Positions 13,661-26,589 are shown, counted from the stretch's first letter. The stretch: DNA of 64,000 nt from Octopus vulgaris (GCA_951406725.2 OX597823.1:3162001-3226000); one strand, 5' to 3'. Translations and numbers: made by a program. Notes: generated by a model from the sequence alone, not told the origin.

Positions 13661-13897
13661 CAGGATAAGCTTAATACTGAATGTGATATGGATTGTGTTT
13701 GTGTTCAGATCATGAAAATCTCTCCTAATGTGTGTGGATGCTGTCAGAGAAGCTATGAAACAGGTTCTGAAACCCCTTTAAAGGAAAGGGTCTTGCAAAT
13801 TTAAAAAGAAAAAGAAAAATGTACAATCAAGGTGGTGCTCCAGCATTGCCACAGCCAAATGACTGAAACAAGTAAAAGAATAAACACCAGCAAACAA

Positions 13898-14250
13898 CAT
13901 CATCATCTTCATCGTTTAACGTCCGTTCTCCATGCTAGCATGGGTTGGATGGTTCGACCGGGGATCTGGGAAGCCAGAAGGCTGCACCAGGCTCCAGTCT
14001 GATCTGGCAGTGTTTCTACAGCTGGATGCCCTTCCTAATGCCAACCACTCCGAGAGTGTAGTGGGTGCTTTTTACGTGCCACCTGCACAGGTACCAGGCG
14101 AGGCTGGCAATGGCCATGGTCGGATTGGTGCTTTTTACGTGCCACCAGCACGGAAGCCAGTCGAGGCGACGCTGGCATCGGCTACGATTCGGATGGTGCT
14201 TTTTATGTACCACCAGTCCAGGGGTCCTGGCATCTGCCGGGTGCCAGTCA
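13898..14250 (-). mobile_element. RTE LINE 3' UTR fragment
   Basis: (CAT)n tail plus CGTTTAACGTCCG...CATGCTAGCATGGGTTGGA shared with the RT-bearing copy at 40491-42553; includes hairpin repeat units. Confidence 0.9.
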
Positions 14251-15115
14251 TAGGATTGGTTCAAAAAATGTTCTCAGAAAAATCCCAGTAATGATGACAG
14301 CAACAACATGGATAAAAGTAGGAAACAGCATTATTTATCTGTGTTCCAAGCATCATGGATCGACCGAGAGCATATTTAGAAATAAACACTTTCTGCACAA
14401 AAATAAATTTTGTTAATATGACACAAAAAATTACAGATTAGAAGCATTAACCAGTGATATGCACAAATATAAACTTGTTACCCGTCCAAATATGCTTGAT
14501 ACATATTTGAACCTTTTGTCCAACATACACCAGCAGGGAAGGTGAATGTTAAATGAAGAAGAAGAAAGCCTCTGTATTTTGTCATGGAGAAAAATTCTTG
14601 CTGTTGACAAATAGGTGTAAACACACTAGATCAGGTTGGTATGCTTCCTACCTAGAGAGATGGACACATGGATTTCAGAGTAGTTCTATCTCCTCTTCAG
14701 CATTAGACTCTGGAAAGGGAGGCACTGGTCAGACTCTTTCACAATGAAGATGACCTTATGACATTATACAAAGCATTTTGCATTTAATATATAAATATCA
14801 TAAAGACTGACAAAATGCTTCTTAGCATTTTACCCTGGGAGGCTAAACGGTTTAGCTCGCTGCTTTAACATAATCTATAATAAATTTCTGTGAGTAAGTC
14901 TACATGACTTTCTGGGTTATAGACTCAGCCCTCAGGGGTGGACCCCAACGAGTGGCACATTTTACAACTAGAGTAAACCCATGAGTGTTTCTCTATCACT
15001 TTTGACGACTGGCCTTGTACCACAGATTTCGATCACTTTTAGTTCTTGCAACCAACAGAATGGGAAGCGAAGAAATATAAGCAAAGCAAGAAGGTGAGCA
15101 AACTAGCTGGAGATT

Positions 15116-15485
15116 CATCATCATCATCATCATCGTTTAACGTCCGTTTTCCGAGCTAGCATGGGTTGGACGGTTCGCCCGGGGTCTGGAAAGCCAGGAG
15201 GCTGCACCAGACTCCAGTCTGATCTGGCAGTGTTTCTACAGTTGGATGCCCTTCCTAACGCCAACCACTCCGTGAGTGTAGTGGGTGCTTTTTATGTGCC
15301 ACCAGCACAGGTGCCAGGGGAGGCTGGCAATGGCCACGATCGGTTGGTGCTTTTTATGTGCCACTGGCACAGAAGCCAGTCAGGGTGGCGCTGGAATCGG
15401 CCACATTCGGATGGTGCTTTTTACGTGCCACTGACACGGGGATCACAGTTACAATTTCCATTTGATTTTTATTTTGATGTTGATG
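15116..15485 (-). mobile_element. RTE LINE 3' UTR fragment
   Basis: Same tail and repeat units as 13898-14250. Confidence 0.9.
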
Positions 15486-15499
15486 GTTTCAATATTTTC

Positions 15500-15800
15500 T
15501 TTTACTCTTTTATTTGTTTCAGTCATTAGATTGGAGCCATGCTGGAGCACTGCCCTGAAGAATTCTTAGTTAAGTGAATCGATCCTGGGGCTTACGCTAT
15601 CAGTTCCTTTTGTCAAACCACTAAGTTAGCTAAGTTGCAAGGATGCTAACACACCAACACCAGTTGTCAAGTGGTAGTGGCAGATAAAGACACACACACA
15701 TAACTATGACAAGCTTCTTTCAGTTTCCATCTATTGAATCCACTCATAAGGCTTTGGTCAGCCCAGGGCTATAGTAGAAGACACTTGCCCAAGGTGCTAC
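15500..15800 (-). mobile_element. tRNA-SINE family A
   Basis: TTGTTTCAGTCATT...GCCATGCTGGAGCAC tail through AGTAGAAGACACTTGCCCAAGGTGC core. Confidence 0.8.
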
Positions 15801-17259
15801 ATACTGTGGAAAATGAACATTAAGTGATGATGATGATAGACCATCACTGATCTCTTCCACCAACACTCTCACCTGATAACACTATTCGATTGTGTCACTC
15901 ACAAACATCATCTTCAGGAGAGTCTTCATTATGCATATGAAACCTGGCACAAAACCACACCCCCTCAACACTAATCCCTACTCCCAGTTGTTCTTATCTT
16001 GCAGGGAACTTGTTGATCCTGTCAGTGTTGGAGCCACGTGAAAAGCACTGGTGCTGGTGTCGCATAAAAAGCACACAGTACACTCTGTGGGGTGGTTTGC
16101 CTTACAAAGGGCATCTAGCCATAGAAACCATACCAAAGCAGGCTATGGAACCTGGTGCAGCTCCCTTCAAACTGTCCAACCCATGCCAGCATGGAAAACA
16201 GATATTAATGATGATGAACCTTAGACATAACTGAAACCTAGAAACAAAAGAACAGATTTTTAGATAATTGGTCTGAAGTGGTCATCTGGAACTGCAATCT
16301 AAACATCTGCTCCATCATGGAAATTAGCTACCTACTTCATCCATCATCATCATTTTAATGTCCACTTTTCCACGTTTGTATCAGATTGAATTTATTGAAG
16401 CAGACTTTTCTATGACTAAATCTCCTTCAGTTACCATCCCATACCTGATTCCAAGCTTATATTTCTCATGGCTGCTTATATTTTTTGTGGAAGATAGGAA
16501 ACGAGAAACGCTTTTTGTGTGACAATGATGTTCATTTGTAACAAACCTGTGACGCTTCTTTTAGTTTCTGTCTGTCAGATCTACTCACAAGGCTTTGGTT
16601 GGCCGAGGGCTATAGTAGAAGACACTTGCCCAAGATGCCATGTAGTGGGACTGAACCTGGAACCATGTGGTTGGGAAGTGAATTTCTTAACCACCCATCC
16701 ATGCTTTATATAAAAAGTCTCAGATCGAGAGAACAGCTATGGACCATTCATAAGGGGAAGCGTGTGGATGAAATCCTTCGTGGTATTTAACCACATCCCT
16801 TTCTTATGAAGTTCTTAGCCTTTCAGCCTTCTGAGTTTAGTCACATCAGTAATAACTCATACCATTTATTCCATAAGTCTGTAAAATCAACGAATATAAA
16901 GTGTGTAAGTATTGTCTTTACTTAATGAATCTCTTGTGTCACATTGGCAAGAAACATCCTTCAATTGTTGTCAATATAATTCCATGGAACCATTATACTT
17001 TATACTAGAGTACTCCTGAGTCTTCCTGATACCCCACCTTTTTCCCTGCTCCCACTGTATCTCACTTTCCAGCAGCTTCCTAAAGTCATTCCCTGATCTT
17101 TCCTACAAGCCCCTAGAAATACTTATTCACTACTTTAACCCTCACCTTTGATATCAACCTACTCACCCACCCACCCACTGCTTCTATGACTCAATCTTCC
17201 TGTTTTAAAACGATCTAAATTAAAATTTCACGTTAATTTTATGTCCAAAACACCAACTA

Positions 17260-18182
17260 ATTCCTTTCTACTATAGGCACAAGGCCTGAAATTTCAGGTG
17301 AGAGGGCAGTTGATTTCATCAACCCCAGTGCGCAACTGGCACTTTGACCCTGAAAGGATGAAAAGCAACGTCAATCTCAGTGGAATTTGAACTCAGAATG
17401 TAAATATGGACAAACTGCTCGGCAGCAATGATTCTGCCAGTACACCACTTTGCACAAGCAGACGAATGACTTTTATTTTACTAAATTCTTTGTTATTTCC
17501 AAAATTAATTAAAGCAAAGGAAGAACAGTTAATCTCAGCAAGTTGTCCCAATCACCCTCTCCCACCACCAATGGGGGGCTGAAAAGGCCGGGGCCACTGT
17601 TACTTCTTTCTCGTGATTAACTGCAGAGATATCTCTTGATGGTGGTGGCTACAGAAATGGGTTGGTAGTGCTGGTGGTATTAGTGGCTATCAAAAGTATG
17701 CTAGGTCACTGTTATCTGGTGGTTTACATGATCCAGCAACAGTGTATAGAGTTTCTATTGTTGTGTGACAATCTTTTCTAATCTAGGCACAAGGCCTGAA
17801 ATTTTGGGGGAGGGGACAAGTCGATTAGATTGACCCAACTACATGACTGGTACTTAATTTATAATTTATAATATATTAATAATTTATAATTTATAATAAC
17901 GAAAGGCAAAGTCAACCTTGGCAGAATTTGAACTCAGAACGTAAAGACAGATGAAATACCTATTTCTTTACTACCCACAAGGGGCTAAACACAGAGAGGA
18001 CAGACAAATGGATCAAGTCGATAATATAGACTCCAGTGTGTAACTGGTACTTAATTTATCGACCCCGAAAGGATGGAAGGCAAAGTCGACCTCGGCAGAA
18101 TTTGAACTCAGAACATAACGGCAGACAAAATACTGCTAAGCATTTCGCCCGGCGTGCTAACGTCTCTGCCAGCTTGCCACCC
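17260..18182 (-). mobile_element. Cluster of tRNA-SINE family B copies
   Basis: Repeated GGCACAAGGCCTGAAATTT...ACTGGTACTTAATTTATCGACCCCGAAAGGATG...GAATTTGAACTCAGAAC (B box on the minus strand). Confidence 0.8.
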
Positions 18183-18693
18183 AATTGTTGTGTGATAATG
18201 ACTGTAGATGTTTGACAGAGACTGCAGTGTGAGGGCAACAATTGCAGTTGCAAATGAAACTGTGATGGGAACTGTAGTAATCCAGTGATGAGCAGAGTTT
18301 TGTCTGTAGCAATGCAGTGGTCGTCTCAGTATTGTGAATGAAACTGGTGGTTGTATATATGGGAATATAGTGCCAGTGGTAGTACTGTTTGGGATGTTCT
18401 GATATGGCTGTAGTGGTGTGTTAATGGTTGGGATGATCTTAGTAAAGGTTACAGTGGGACGTGTAGCAGAGTGATGATGGCCCCTGGCTGTATTGTAATG
18501 ATCAGTTAGTTATGCGAGAGAAACATGAAAATGTCTATGATATTGTTGTGTGGTAGCAACTGTAATTCTGTTGTTGTAGTACCTGTCGTAGTATTATGTG
18601 AGGTTATTTTAGTGAGTGTGGTACTTTGTGTGAGATGAGGTGGTTGAGGTGGTACTTAATGTATTTGTGGTTATAAGATGCTGGTTACTGGAG

Positions 18694-18859
18694 TAGAGGT
18701 TCCCAACCTTTTCACTACTAAGGACCCCTTTTTATTCAAATGAGTTTTCCCACGGACCCCAGGATATTGAAAGGTCTGTCAGCTTAACATGTTCATAGAC
18801 CTCCAGTACTACATTTGTGGACCACCAGGGGTCTGCGGACCACAGATTGGGAACCACTG
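18694..18859. mobile_element. hAT/Charlie-type MITE
   Basis: (T)AGAGGTTCCCAACCTTTT ... GATTGGGAACCACTG termini with internal GGACCCC/GGGGTC. Confidence 0.7.
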
Positions 18860-19082
18860 CTGTAGTAGAATGCTGGAAGGGTGACTGTGGTCGTATGATG
18901 GTAGCTAGAATAATGAATGGTATCAATTTCTCTGCCAAAGACTGCCAAAGACTGCCAAAGAGGCAGTGGTATCACAGTAATGACTCATCAGTTGGAATGG
19001 TTGTGCTGATAGAGGAGTGACAATTGCTGCAGTAGTGTGACGTTAACAATTATGATGGGATTATATCTGTAGTAGTGTAATA

Positions 19083-19497
19083 TTGGTTTCAAACTTTGGC
19101 ACAAATTCCGGGGAGCGAGTAAGTCAGTTACATCGACCCCAGTGCACAACTGGTACTTATTTTATAGACCCTGAAAGGAAGAAAGGCAAAGTTGACCCTG
19201 ATGGCATTCAAACTTGGAATGTGAATCTGGACAAAATGCCTCGAAGCATTTTGCCTGGATTGTTGTAGTGGTGTAATATATATTTCTTTATTGCCCACAA
19301 GAGGCAATAAAGAGAACATAGAAAGGGATTAAGTCGATTACATCGACCCCAGTGTGTAACTGGTACTTATGTAATCGACCCTGAAAGGATGAAAGGCAAA
19401 GTCGACCTAGGCGGAATTTGAACTCAGAACCTAATGGCAGACAAAATATCACTGAGCATTTCACTCAACATGCAAATGATTCTGCCAGCTCACCACC
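19083..19497 (-). mobile_element. Two tandem tRNA-SINE family B copies
   Basis: CATCGACCCCAGTG...ACTGGTACTTAT...GAAAGGCAAAGT occurs twice. Confidence 0.8.
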
Positions 19498-19529
19498 ATT
19501 AGTAGTAGTGACAGTACCACCTGATTGGC

Positions 19530-19982
19530 ACATGTGCCAGTGGCATGTTAAATGCACCATCTGAGTGTGATCGTTGCCAGGGCTGCTAACTGGCTCCCAT
19601 GCAGGTGGCACGTAAAAAGCACCATTCGAGAGTGATCGTTGCCAGGGCTGCTAACTGGCTCCCATGCAGGTGGCACGTAAAAAGCACCATTCGAGAGTGA
19701 TCGTTGCCAGCGTCGACTTACTGCTGGCACATGTGAATGGTGGCACTTGAAAAACAACATTCAAGCGTGGTCGTTGCCAGTGCTGCAAGACTGGCCCTCA
19801 TGCTGGTGGCATGTAAAAGCACCCACTACACTCTCGGAGTGGTTGGAATTAGGAAGGGCATCCAGCTGTAGAAACTTTGCCAGGTCAGATTGGAGCCTAG
19901 TGCAGCCTTCTGGCTCACCCGTCCTCAGTCAAATCGTCCAACCCATGCCAGCATGGAAAGCGGACGTTAAACAATGATGATG
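19530..19982 (+). mobile_element. RTE 3' UTR fragment with about 65-bp tandem units
   Basis: GTGGCACGTAAAAAGCACCAT units followed by the RTE tail ending GGACGTTAAACAATGATGATG. Confidence 0.88.
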
Positions 19983-20685
19983 TAATATTAGCAGATGTAG
20001 TTTTGTTTGTGGTGTCCACCATATCTGGCACCAGGCTGGGGTCCGGATAAGACACCAAACTTTTCTGATATAATTCCTTTCCTGTAATGAGTGAGAAGAA
20101 ATTGAGAAGAGGAAGAGGTGCAGAAATAAACAGAGATTAGGAAATAAAAGCCAAAGAAAAATAGAGACTCACCATTTTGGTTGTGTCCTTCATTGTAAAC
20201 AAAGGACAATTAGAGTTTGGCTGTTGTTTCGCCTTCACCAGCCATAACCAAATCCATTGTTTTATTTGCCTTTTACCTTCGTTTAAACATTTTATCATTT
20301 GCTTGTTTCTGTCATCAGACTATGGCCATGCCGGAGCACCAGCTTGAAGAATTTTTAGTTGAATGGATCAACCCAAGTATTTGTTTTAATTTTAAGCCTG
20401 GCACTTACTCTATTGGTTTCTTTTGCTGAACCGCTAAGTTACAGGGATGTAAACACACCAACACCAGATGTCAAGCAGTGATAGGTAACAAACACAGACA
20501 CAAACACACGTATCCTTTCAAGGGGATCAATTTAGTAAATACCAGTTGGACACTGGGGTTCATGTAATTGACTCACCCACATCTCTGAAATTGCTGGCCT
20601 TGTGCTAAAATTTGAAACCAATATGTAGGGTCACTAAGACAAATACATTTTATCCTATATCAAGATTATCAGTTACTTTGCTGCT

Positions 20686-21292
20686 GTAGCATTCAGATTA
20701 CCTTAATCTTAACCCTTTAGCATTCAGATTACCTTAATCCCGACCCTTTAATATTCAGATTACCTTAATCCTAACCCTTTAGCATTCAGATTACCTTAAT
20801 CCTAACCCTTTAGCATTCAGATTACCTTAATCCTAACCCTTTAGCATTCAGACTACCTTAATCCCAACCCTTTAGCATTCAGATTACCTTAATCCCAACC
20901 CTTTAGCATTCAGATTACCTTAATCCTAACCCTTTAACATTCAGATTACCTAAATCCCAACCCTTTAACATTCAGATTACCTTAATCCTAACCCTTTAGC
21001 ATTCAGATTACCTTAATCCTAACCCTTTAGCATTCAGATTACCTTAATCCCAACCCTATAGCATTCAGACTACCTTAATCCCAACCCTTTAGCATTCAGA
21101 TTACCTAAATCCCAACCCTTTAGCATTCAGATTACCTTAATTCTAACCCTTTAGCATTCAGATTACCTTAATCCAGACCCTTTAACATTCAGATTACCTT
21201 AATCCTAACCCTTTAGCATTCAGATTACCTTAATCCAGACCCTTTAGCATTCAGATTATCTTAATCCCGACTCTTTAGCATTCAGATTACCC
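20686..21292. repeat. 31-bp minisatellite, about 19-20 copies
   Basis: Unit TTAGCATTCAGATTACCTTAATCCTAACCCT with few substitutions. Confidence 0.97.
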
Positions 21293-21490
21293 TATCAAAT
21301 GTAATGCTTATTTATTCACATTACTTTCAATTAATCTTGAGTCATCTTGTGGTTTTGAGATTTTGATGATGGGATTATCTGTTTTTAGAATGACATTGTG
21401 GAGTAGGTGTAAGGGGCCAGATCTGATCAGTTTCAACATAAAACAGGCAGAATAGTTTGGCCAGATGTGACCGGTTTAAATGCTGAAAGG
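20713..21490. mobile_element. TTAA-flanked (piggyBac-type) MITE with tandemly amplified left end
   Basis: TTAA|CCCTTTAGCATT ... AATGCTGAAAGG|TTAA; an unamplified inverted copy lies at 60800-60999. Confidence 0.7.
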
Positions 21491-21710
21491 TTAATTGCAA
21501 TATTTAATATTCCAGTTAAGCAAGGGATCAGTGGTCCTTCAGTAAATTGTCCGTTTTGAACCTGATTTCATTTATAAATTGAGATGTCAAGTACTGAAAA
21601 ACATAAAAATGAAAATGGTTTATGAGTGTATTAAAATCTTGTGTAGGTTTTGACAGAAATCCTTTAAAAAGAACTTGTTCTTGAGTGACCTAAACGATTG
21701 CCCTGTTTAA

Positions 21711-22153
21711 TCCTTTTATTACCACTCTTCTGTTGAAATACACTATCTTTGTTTCCCTTAATTTTGAAAATAATGAAAATAATTTAGTAAATTAACTTTG
21801 ACATTATTAAGCTGGTGTTTGGAATATTAACATGAAATATTCGTTTCAAATTTTGGCACAAGGCCAGCAAATTTGGTGAAGGGGTAAGTCGATTACATTG
21901 ACCCCAAAGTTCAACTGGTACTTATTTTATTGACCCCAAAAGGACAAAAGGTGAAGTTGACCTCTGCAGAATTTGAAGTCAGAACATGAAGATGGATAAA
22001 ATGCTGCTAAGCATTTTGCCCAGTGGGTTAATGGTTCTCTCACCTTGCTGTCTTATTAACATGAAATACTAATAAAATTTAGATCACTTTAAGACATAAA
22101 GTGTGTGTATTGTAGAACCAGGGGAAGTCTCAAACAGGTTGGTATCAAAAAGG
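21711..22153. mobile_element. TTAA-flanked MITE interrupted by a family B SINE
   Basis: TTAA|TCCTTTTATTACC ... GGTATCAAAAAGG|TTAA. The SINE at 21840-22053 is flanked by the 15-bp TSD TATTAACATGAAATA. Confidence 0.7.
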
Positions 22154-22649
22154 TTAACACCTCCCTCATTGGGTTCCCTTAGTGAAGTCTATTCTGTAGC
22201 AAGCATTTGAACCAGGTCACTGGTCTGAGGCTCACATGGCATCAGGATGTGACTGTTTCTTACTGACTCAAGGTCTATTTCTTGTTTTTCACCCGCTAGT
22301 CTTTGAATTCTGGGAAAGATCACAAGTACCGCCTTTCTTCCTCTGGAAGAAAGATGAAGGTCAGTTGAGCAACAAGGGCAATCCATACATCTAGTATTGA
22401 TGATGTCTCATATTTTCATCTCATGAAAGGCTAAACCATGCCCTTTGAGAGCTACTATTTTACATTACTGAGACCCATTCCTTCACAAAACTCACTTTAG
22501 GACTGCCACTGTTTTTAAACTCAGAGTAACTAAACGAGTACCGTTTATACAAGTGGATGTTAAACTTTGTATCTAAACATTTTTGTTCATAAAAATATAA
22601 ACATTCACAAGTATAGGTGCAAACATGACTGTGTGGTAAGAAGCATGCT

Positions 22650-24374
22650 TCTGGTTTACTGTTTTGGTTAGCTCAACCGCTGCCTTTGTTTGTAACACAC
22701 ATGTTTTTTTGCTGTCTTGGTGGGTGTGACGTTTTCCCTCTTGTTCAATGGAGGGCCGTTGTGTGATGAGTCGTGAGGATTTGAATTCTTCTTCTTCAGA
22801 ATTTGTGTCTGAGGAAGAAATGGTGAAATGTCTGAACAAGATTGATGCAGCAATAGAAACAAGGATTTATGCTGCAGTGGCAAATGGAAAAACTGAAGAC
22901 ATAAGTCTGGAAGAGCTGAGCAAGTTCAAGGAAATACTTAAAAGGGAGGGGAACGACGTGAAAGTGTCCCCCACCCAAAGAAGCGTTATAGGATAAGGAA
23001 GAGAGAATGATTGTTTACAGGACATATGTGGTGGCAACAAGAAAAACAGAAGTGGTGTCGGAGGCACAGGGTGAAAAGGCATTGAGGCCAGTCTGGCAAG
23101 AGATATCCTGTCTTGCCAGAAGAAAGCACAGAATGGTGGAAGTGCAGTTTCAGGAGATAGCTACCGCCAGACTGAACTCTCAGCCACACCATTAAAAACC
23201 AAAGAAGTGGTGCTTCTACCTGTATACCTTGGCGGACATGCTTCCAGGGTTAGGGTAGAAGACATTCCCCCACAAGTGTATGTAGCCTGGCTGGTTGCTG
23301 CTATACTGCTAGGCATGGAGGAAAAGGTGGTGGTCCTGCAGGCCACCAGAACACCCTACAGAAACTGGCAAGGGCAGAGCCTGGACATGGTGGTACAGAT
23401 TAACCCAGAAGATATTGAAAGTATGGTGGAGACAATCACGGTTGCAGATGTGATGCTGAAAGTCAGAGTGGAAGGGAAGATTCCATGGTGCTATAGATGT
23501 GGCCTGAAAGGCCACATTAGAGCAGATTGTCCTCAACCACCTATGAATGCTAGGGAAAGGCAGGAGAGTGAGAAGATGGTTGGTGCCTCACTGCTTGTGG
23601 AGGCTGAGGAAAAGCATGAGAAGGAGAGTGAAGCAGCACCACAGACAAAAACCAGTCCCAGTGTCAAGGAAGAGGAGGTAAACACCAACTGGGAAACGGT
23701 GGGAAAAAAAGAGAAGGAAGAGGAGAAAGAGGACACACATGGTAAAGGATCCCCCCATCCCACACCCACCTGGCTCCCAGCCACACTCACTCTACCCCAA
23801 CCACCCCTTACAGACAACAACCCTCCCCATACCCCACCTGACATAAACACAAACACACAGGAGCCCCAAATTTCCCCATCCTGGCCCATGGATAAATTTG
23901 CTATATTATATAACAGGAATAAAGACATGGGAAAAAGCAATAGAAGCGGACATAACAAGGGCAGGAGGGGTTGCCTGAGGATGTTTGCTGTGCAGTGGTG
24001 GACCCGGAGTACCTCTCAAGATTGGTAAATCACAAAGAAGAAACTGATTTCGATTGATGGGTTCAAAAATGGACACCAGCAAAATACCTAAAAGGGTAAG
24101 TTATGCTTACATTTTAAAGGAACTGGACATAGACATTTTCCCAAAAAGTGGAAACTAGCTGTCACAAAGACATTGCCAATGGTAGTTAAATTAATGTTTT
24201 AAAAAAAAAGGGTTGTATTAACAGGTTCAGTGAAGTCGCTCGGAGGTGGGGTCAAATGGCTTCATACCAATTTTTCATTATATTCAATTCATCTTTTCCA
24301 TTCGTTCTGTTTTTTTGTCCCCACCTTGTGCTGTCCCCTCTATGTACAACCTTCATGGCCAATTTCATGACATA
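22650..24374 (+). mobile_element. ORF1/gag-only non-LTR retroelement (L1/Tx1-like ORF1, disrupted) inserted into a SINE head
   Basis: Broken ORF (22748-24028, with a stop and frameshift) carrying the CCHC knuckle CYRCGLKGHIRADC. Flanked by AAGAAGCATGCT (22638-22649) and AAGAAGCTTGCT (24375-24386). No RT or endonuclease between the TSDs. Confidence 0.75.
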
Positions 24375-24650
24375 AAGAAGCTTGCTATCCAACCACATGG
24401 TTCTGGGTTCAGTCCCACAGTGTGACACCTTGGGCAAGTGTCTTCTACTGTCACCTCGGGCCAACCAAAGACTTGTAAGCAAATTTAGGAGATGGCAACT
24501 AAAAGTAGCCCGTCGTATGTGTGTGTGTGTAACTGATATCAGTAGCAAGGTTTAAAAAAAAAGTGCTGAGGTTAATTCATTTGATTAAAGATTCTTCAAC
24601 GTGATGCCCCAGCATGGCCAGTCAATGACTGAAACAATTAAAAGATAAGT
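24375..24650 (+). mobile_element. Remainder of the family A SINE whose head is at 22615-22649
   Basis: Sequence resumes exactly as CCAACCACATGGTTCTGGGTTCAGTCCCAC... and ends in CCCCAGCATGGCCAGTCAATGACTGAAAC. Confidence 0.85.
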
Positions 24651-26434
24651 ACTTGATGAAATGAAATTCTTTAACAGCTTATTGATGTGTAAAAACTGAC
24701 TCTGAAATGGACTGAACAAAATTTTCAATAACATTTATATCTAAAGAAAATTCGTAAGCATATTGGTTGCAATTTTTTTTGTGATTAGACTAAAAATTTT
24801 TGTTTTTTTACTAATGTTATAGTTTTTATTGTTAACTACAACACTGGCTATTAGCCATAATATGTACCGAGTTCCCAAAACATTTTCTAATCCTTTCATA
24901 CGAAAATCTGAATAAATTTTACGCTAGTCAAGGGAATCCCAATATTTGGAATATGGATTCTTGCTATCTTTTATTCTTTCAACTAACTTCAGCTGCTTCA
25001 TCATTCAGTGAAGAATATTGTTTTAACCACAGGATAGCTCTGATTGTAATGGATCTGTGAGAAAAGGCGTTCCAGCCATGACCACTTTGTCTTATTCTTT
25101 TCTCGAAGTAATGAATTATTAAGCGAACATTATAAACTAATATAAACTTGCATTATTATTTTTTTTTTTTGAAGATGGTAATTTCTTTTTCTTTTTGTCA
25201 GGAAGATTTGGTTCCTCTTTCTAGCAACTCGAGCGACCAGGTAAAGGCTCTCTCGTCTTGTTCTCTTCGTCACTTGTTGTTTAGTCCTGAGTTGGATCTG
25301 ATTGAACAGATATGATCAAAGACGTCCCAACTGTGACCATTCTGTCTTTCTTCCTAAACATACTGGACTCTACATGTATATCACAGGATAGAGGCTTTCC
25401 TATTCTGTACATAAAAAAAAGTTTGGCTACTTTTTCTAGCAGGTCATGCAACCACATACAGGCTCTGTCTCAATAATAATTTCTGTTGTTATTTAGCCTC
25501 AAATGAACCCTGATACAGCAAACCTATGTTGTTATAAAAACATCTCTGGTAATTAAAGAAGGGTTTTGTTAGGGGAGTGGGCCCGGAATTTCTTGTTCGC
25601 AAACAGCAGCAGTAATTTTCTTCAGCTGAATACACGTCATTGATTGGTTAAAATTACCCAAATATGACGACTTTAACATGAAATAACTTCTAAAATACAA
25701 AATTTTGTCAAAAACGTTAGAGTAAACCCTGTTCTATGTGACACACTCTACCATTATCTGAAGTTTCAAAATGTTTAGTTAAAAGAAATTACTAAAAAAA
25801 TCTGGCCATCAAATTGAAAAGATCCTGTTTTTTATTTATTTATCATTTTATTGATACTAGATGGAATATAGTCTATGTAAAAAAAACCCAAAAAACTTGG
25901 ATGATAAAGGATAACTGGCAGTAGTGAGTGAAAAAGTTGATAAATCCATGGAGAGAATGGTAATTATAAATAGCAAAAGTAGAACATTTCAGATTTTGCA
26001 TAGAATGATTTTTCTTTGAAGAGTATAAAATGAGTAACCAGTAATATATTGGTATCAAAGTAAATGGTTTTACATTTGTCATTTCCAAACTGCATTCGGT
26101 ATCCTCTGGAAAAGAAACAAAATACATAATAAAACTACAGTTGTTTTTAAGGCAACAAACAGCTGCAATAAAATAATACAAAAACAATAAGAACTGTATA
26201 TGTTTGCTTCCTATTATTTCAGATATGGACAAATTTCCAATATCTTAGCAAACCTGGATCATTAAACGGGGGAAGGGTGAACGCTAGCATTAGCATATTA
26301 CGTTCAACTTTGCTTTCTATGTCTGCTATTCTCTTCAGCTCTATTATATCTTTAAGATTACGTATCTTGCCTAGGAATATATTCAGTTAATTTATTGTCT
26401 ATGAAAAGAGTGTCTGGCACAAAACACTGACAAG

Positions 26435-26519
26435 AATGGCTGCCGCCGACGCCGGAAGCTCACACGGCAGCCGCGCAATGAATTCTGGGAGAACCCTTCG
26501 CCAGTTTCAGTAAGCTATC
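26435..26519 (+). promoter_or_regulatory. GC-rich housekeeping-type promoter/5' UTR
   Basis: Local CpG-rich island in AT-rich DNA with YY1-like AATGGCTG, ETS-like GCCGGAAG and ZNF143/STAT-like TTCTGGGA motifs just upstream of an ATG exon. Confidence 0.55.
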
Positions 26520-26589
26520 ATGGCGGACTTTGTTAACGTATTTTGTGTGCAGCTGGTTATTTGGTTGTTGCATGTGTATGACACCTTAG
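26520..26589 (+). CDS. Probable first coding exon encoding a signal peptide (gene unidentified)
   Basis: atcATGG context; MADFVNVFCVQLVIWLLHVYDTL(G); perfect AG|GTAAGT donor in phase 1. No downstream exon was identified. Confidence 0.6.

Noticed and set aside
17577-17589. Histone stem-loop-like GGCTGAAAAGGCC
   Set aside because: Incomplete stem and no adjacent histone ORF.
20686-21292. Interstitial telomeric repeat
   Set aside because: Only one CCTAACCCT per 31-bp unit and no (TTAGGG)n run; explained by the MITE terminus.
22397-22475. Possible C/D-box snoRNA (TGATGA ... CTGA, about 75 nt)
   Set aside because: No terminal stem, no recognisable rRNA guide and no established host transcript; such boxes occur often by chance.
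25558-25828. Possible MITE-like repeat
   Set aside because: Could not define matching termini or a TSD from this single copy.
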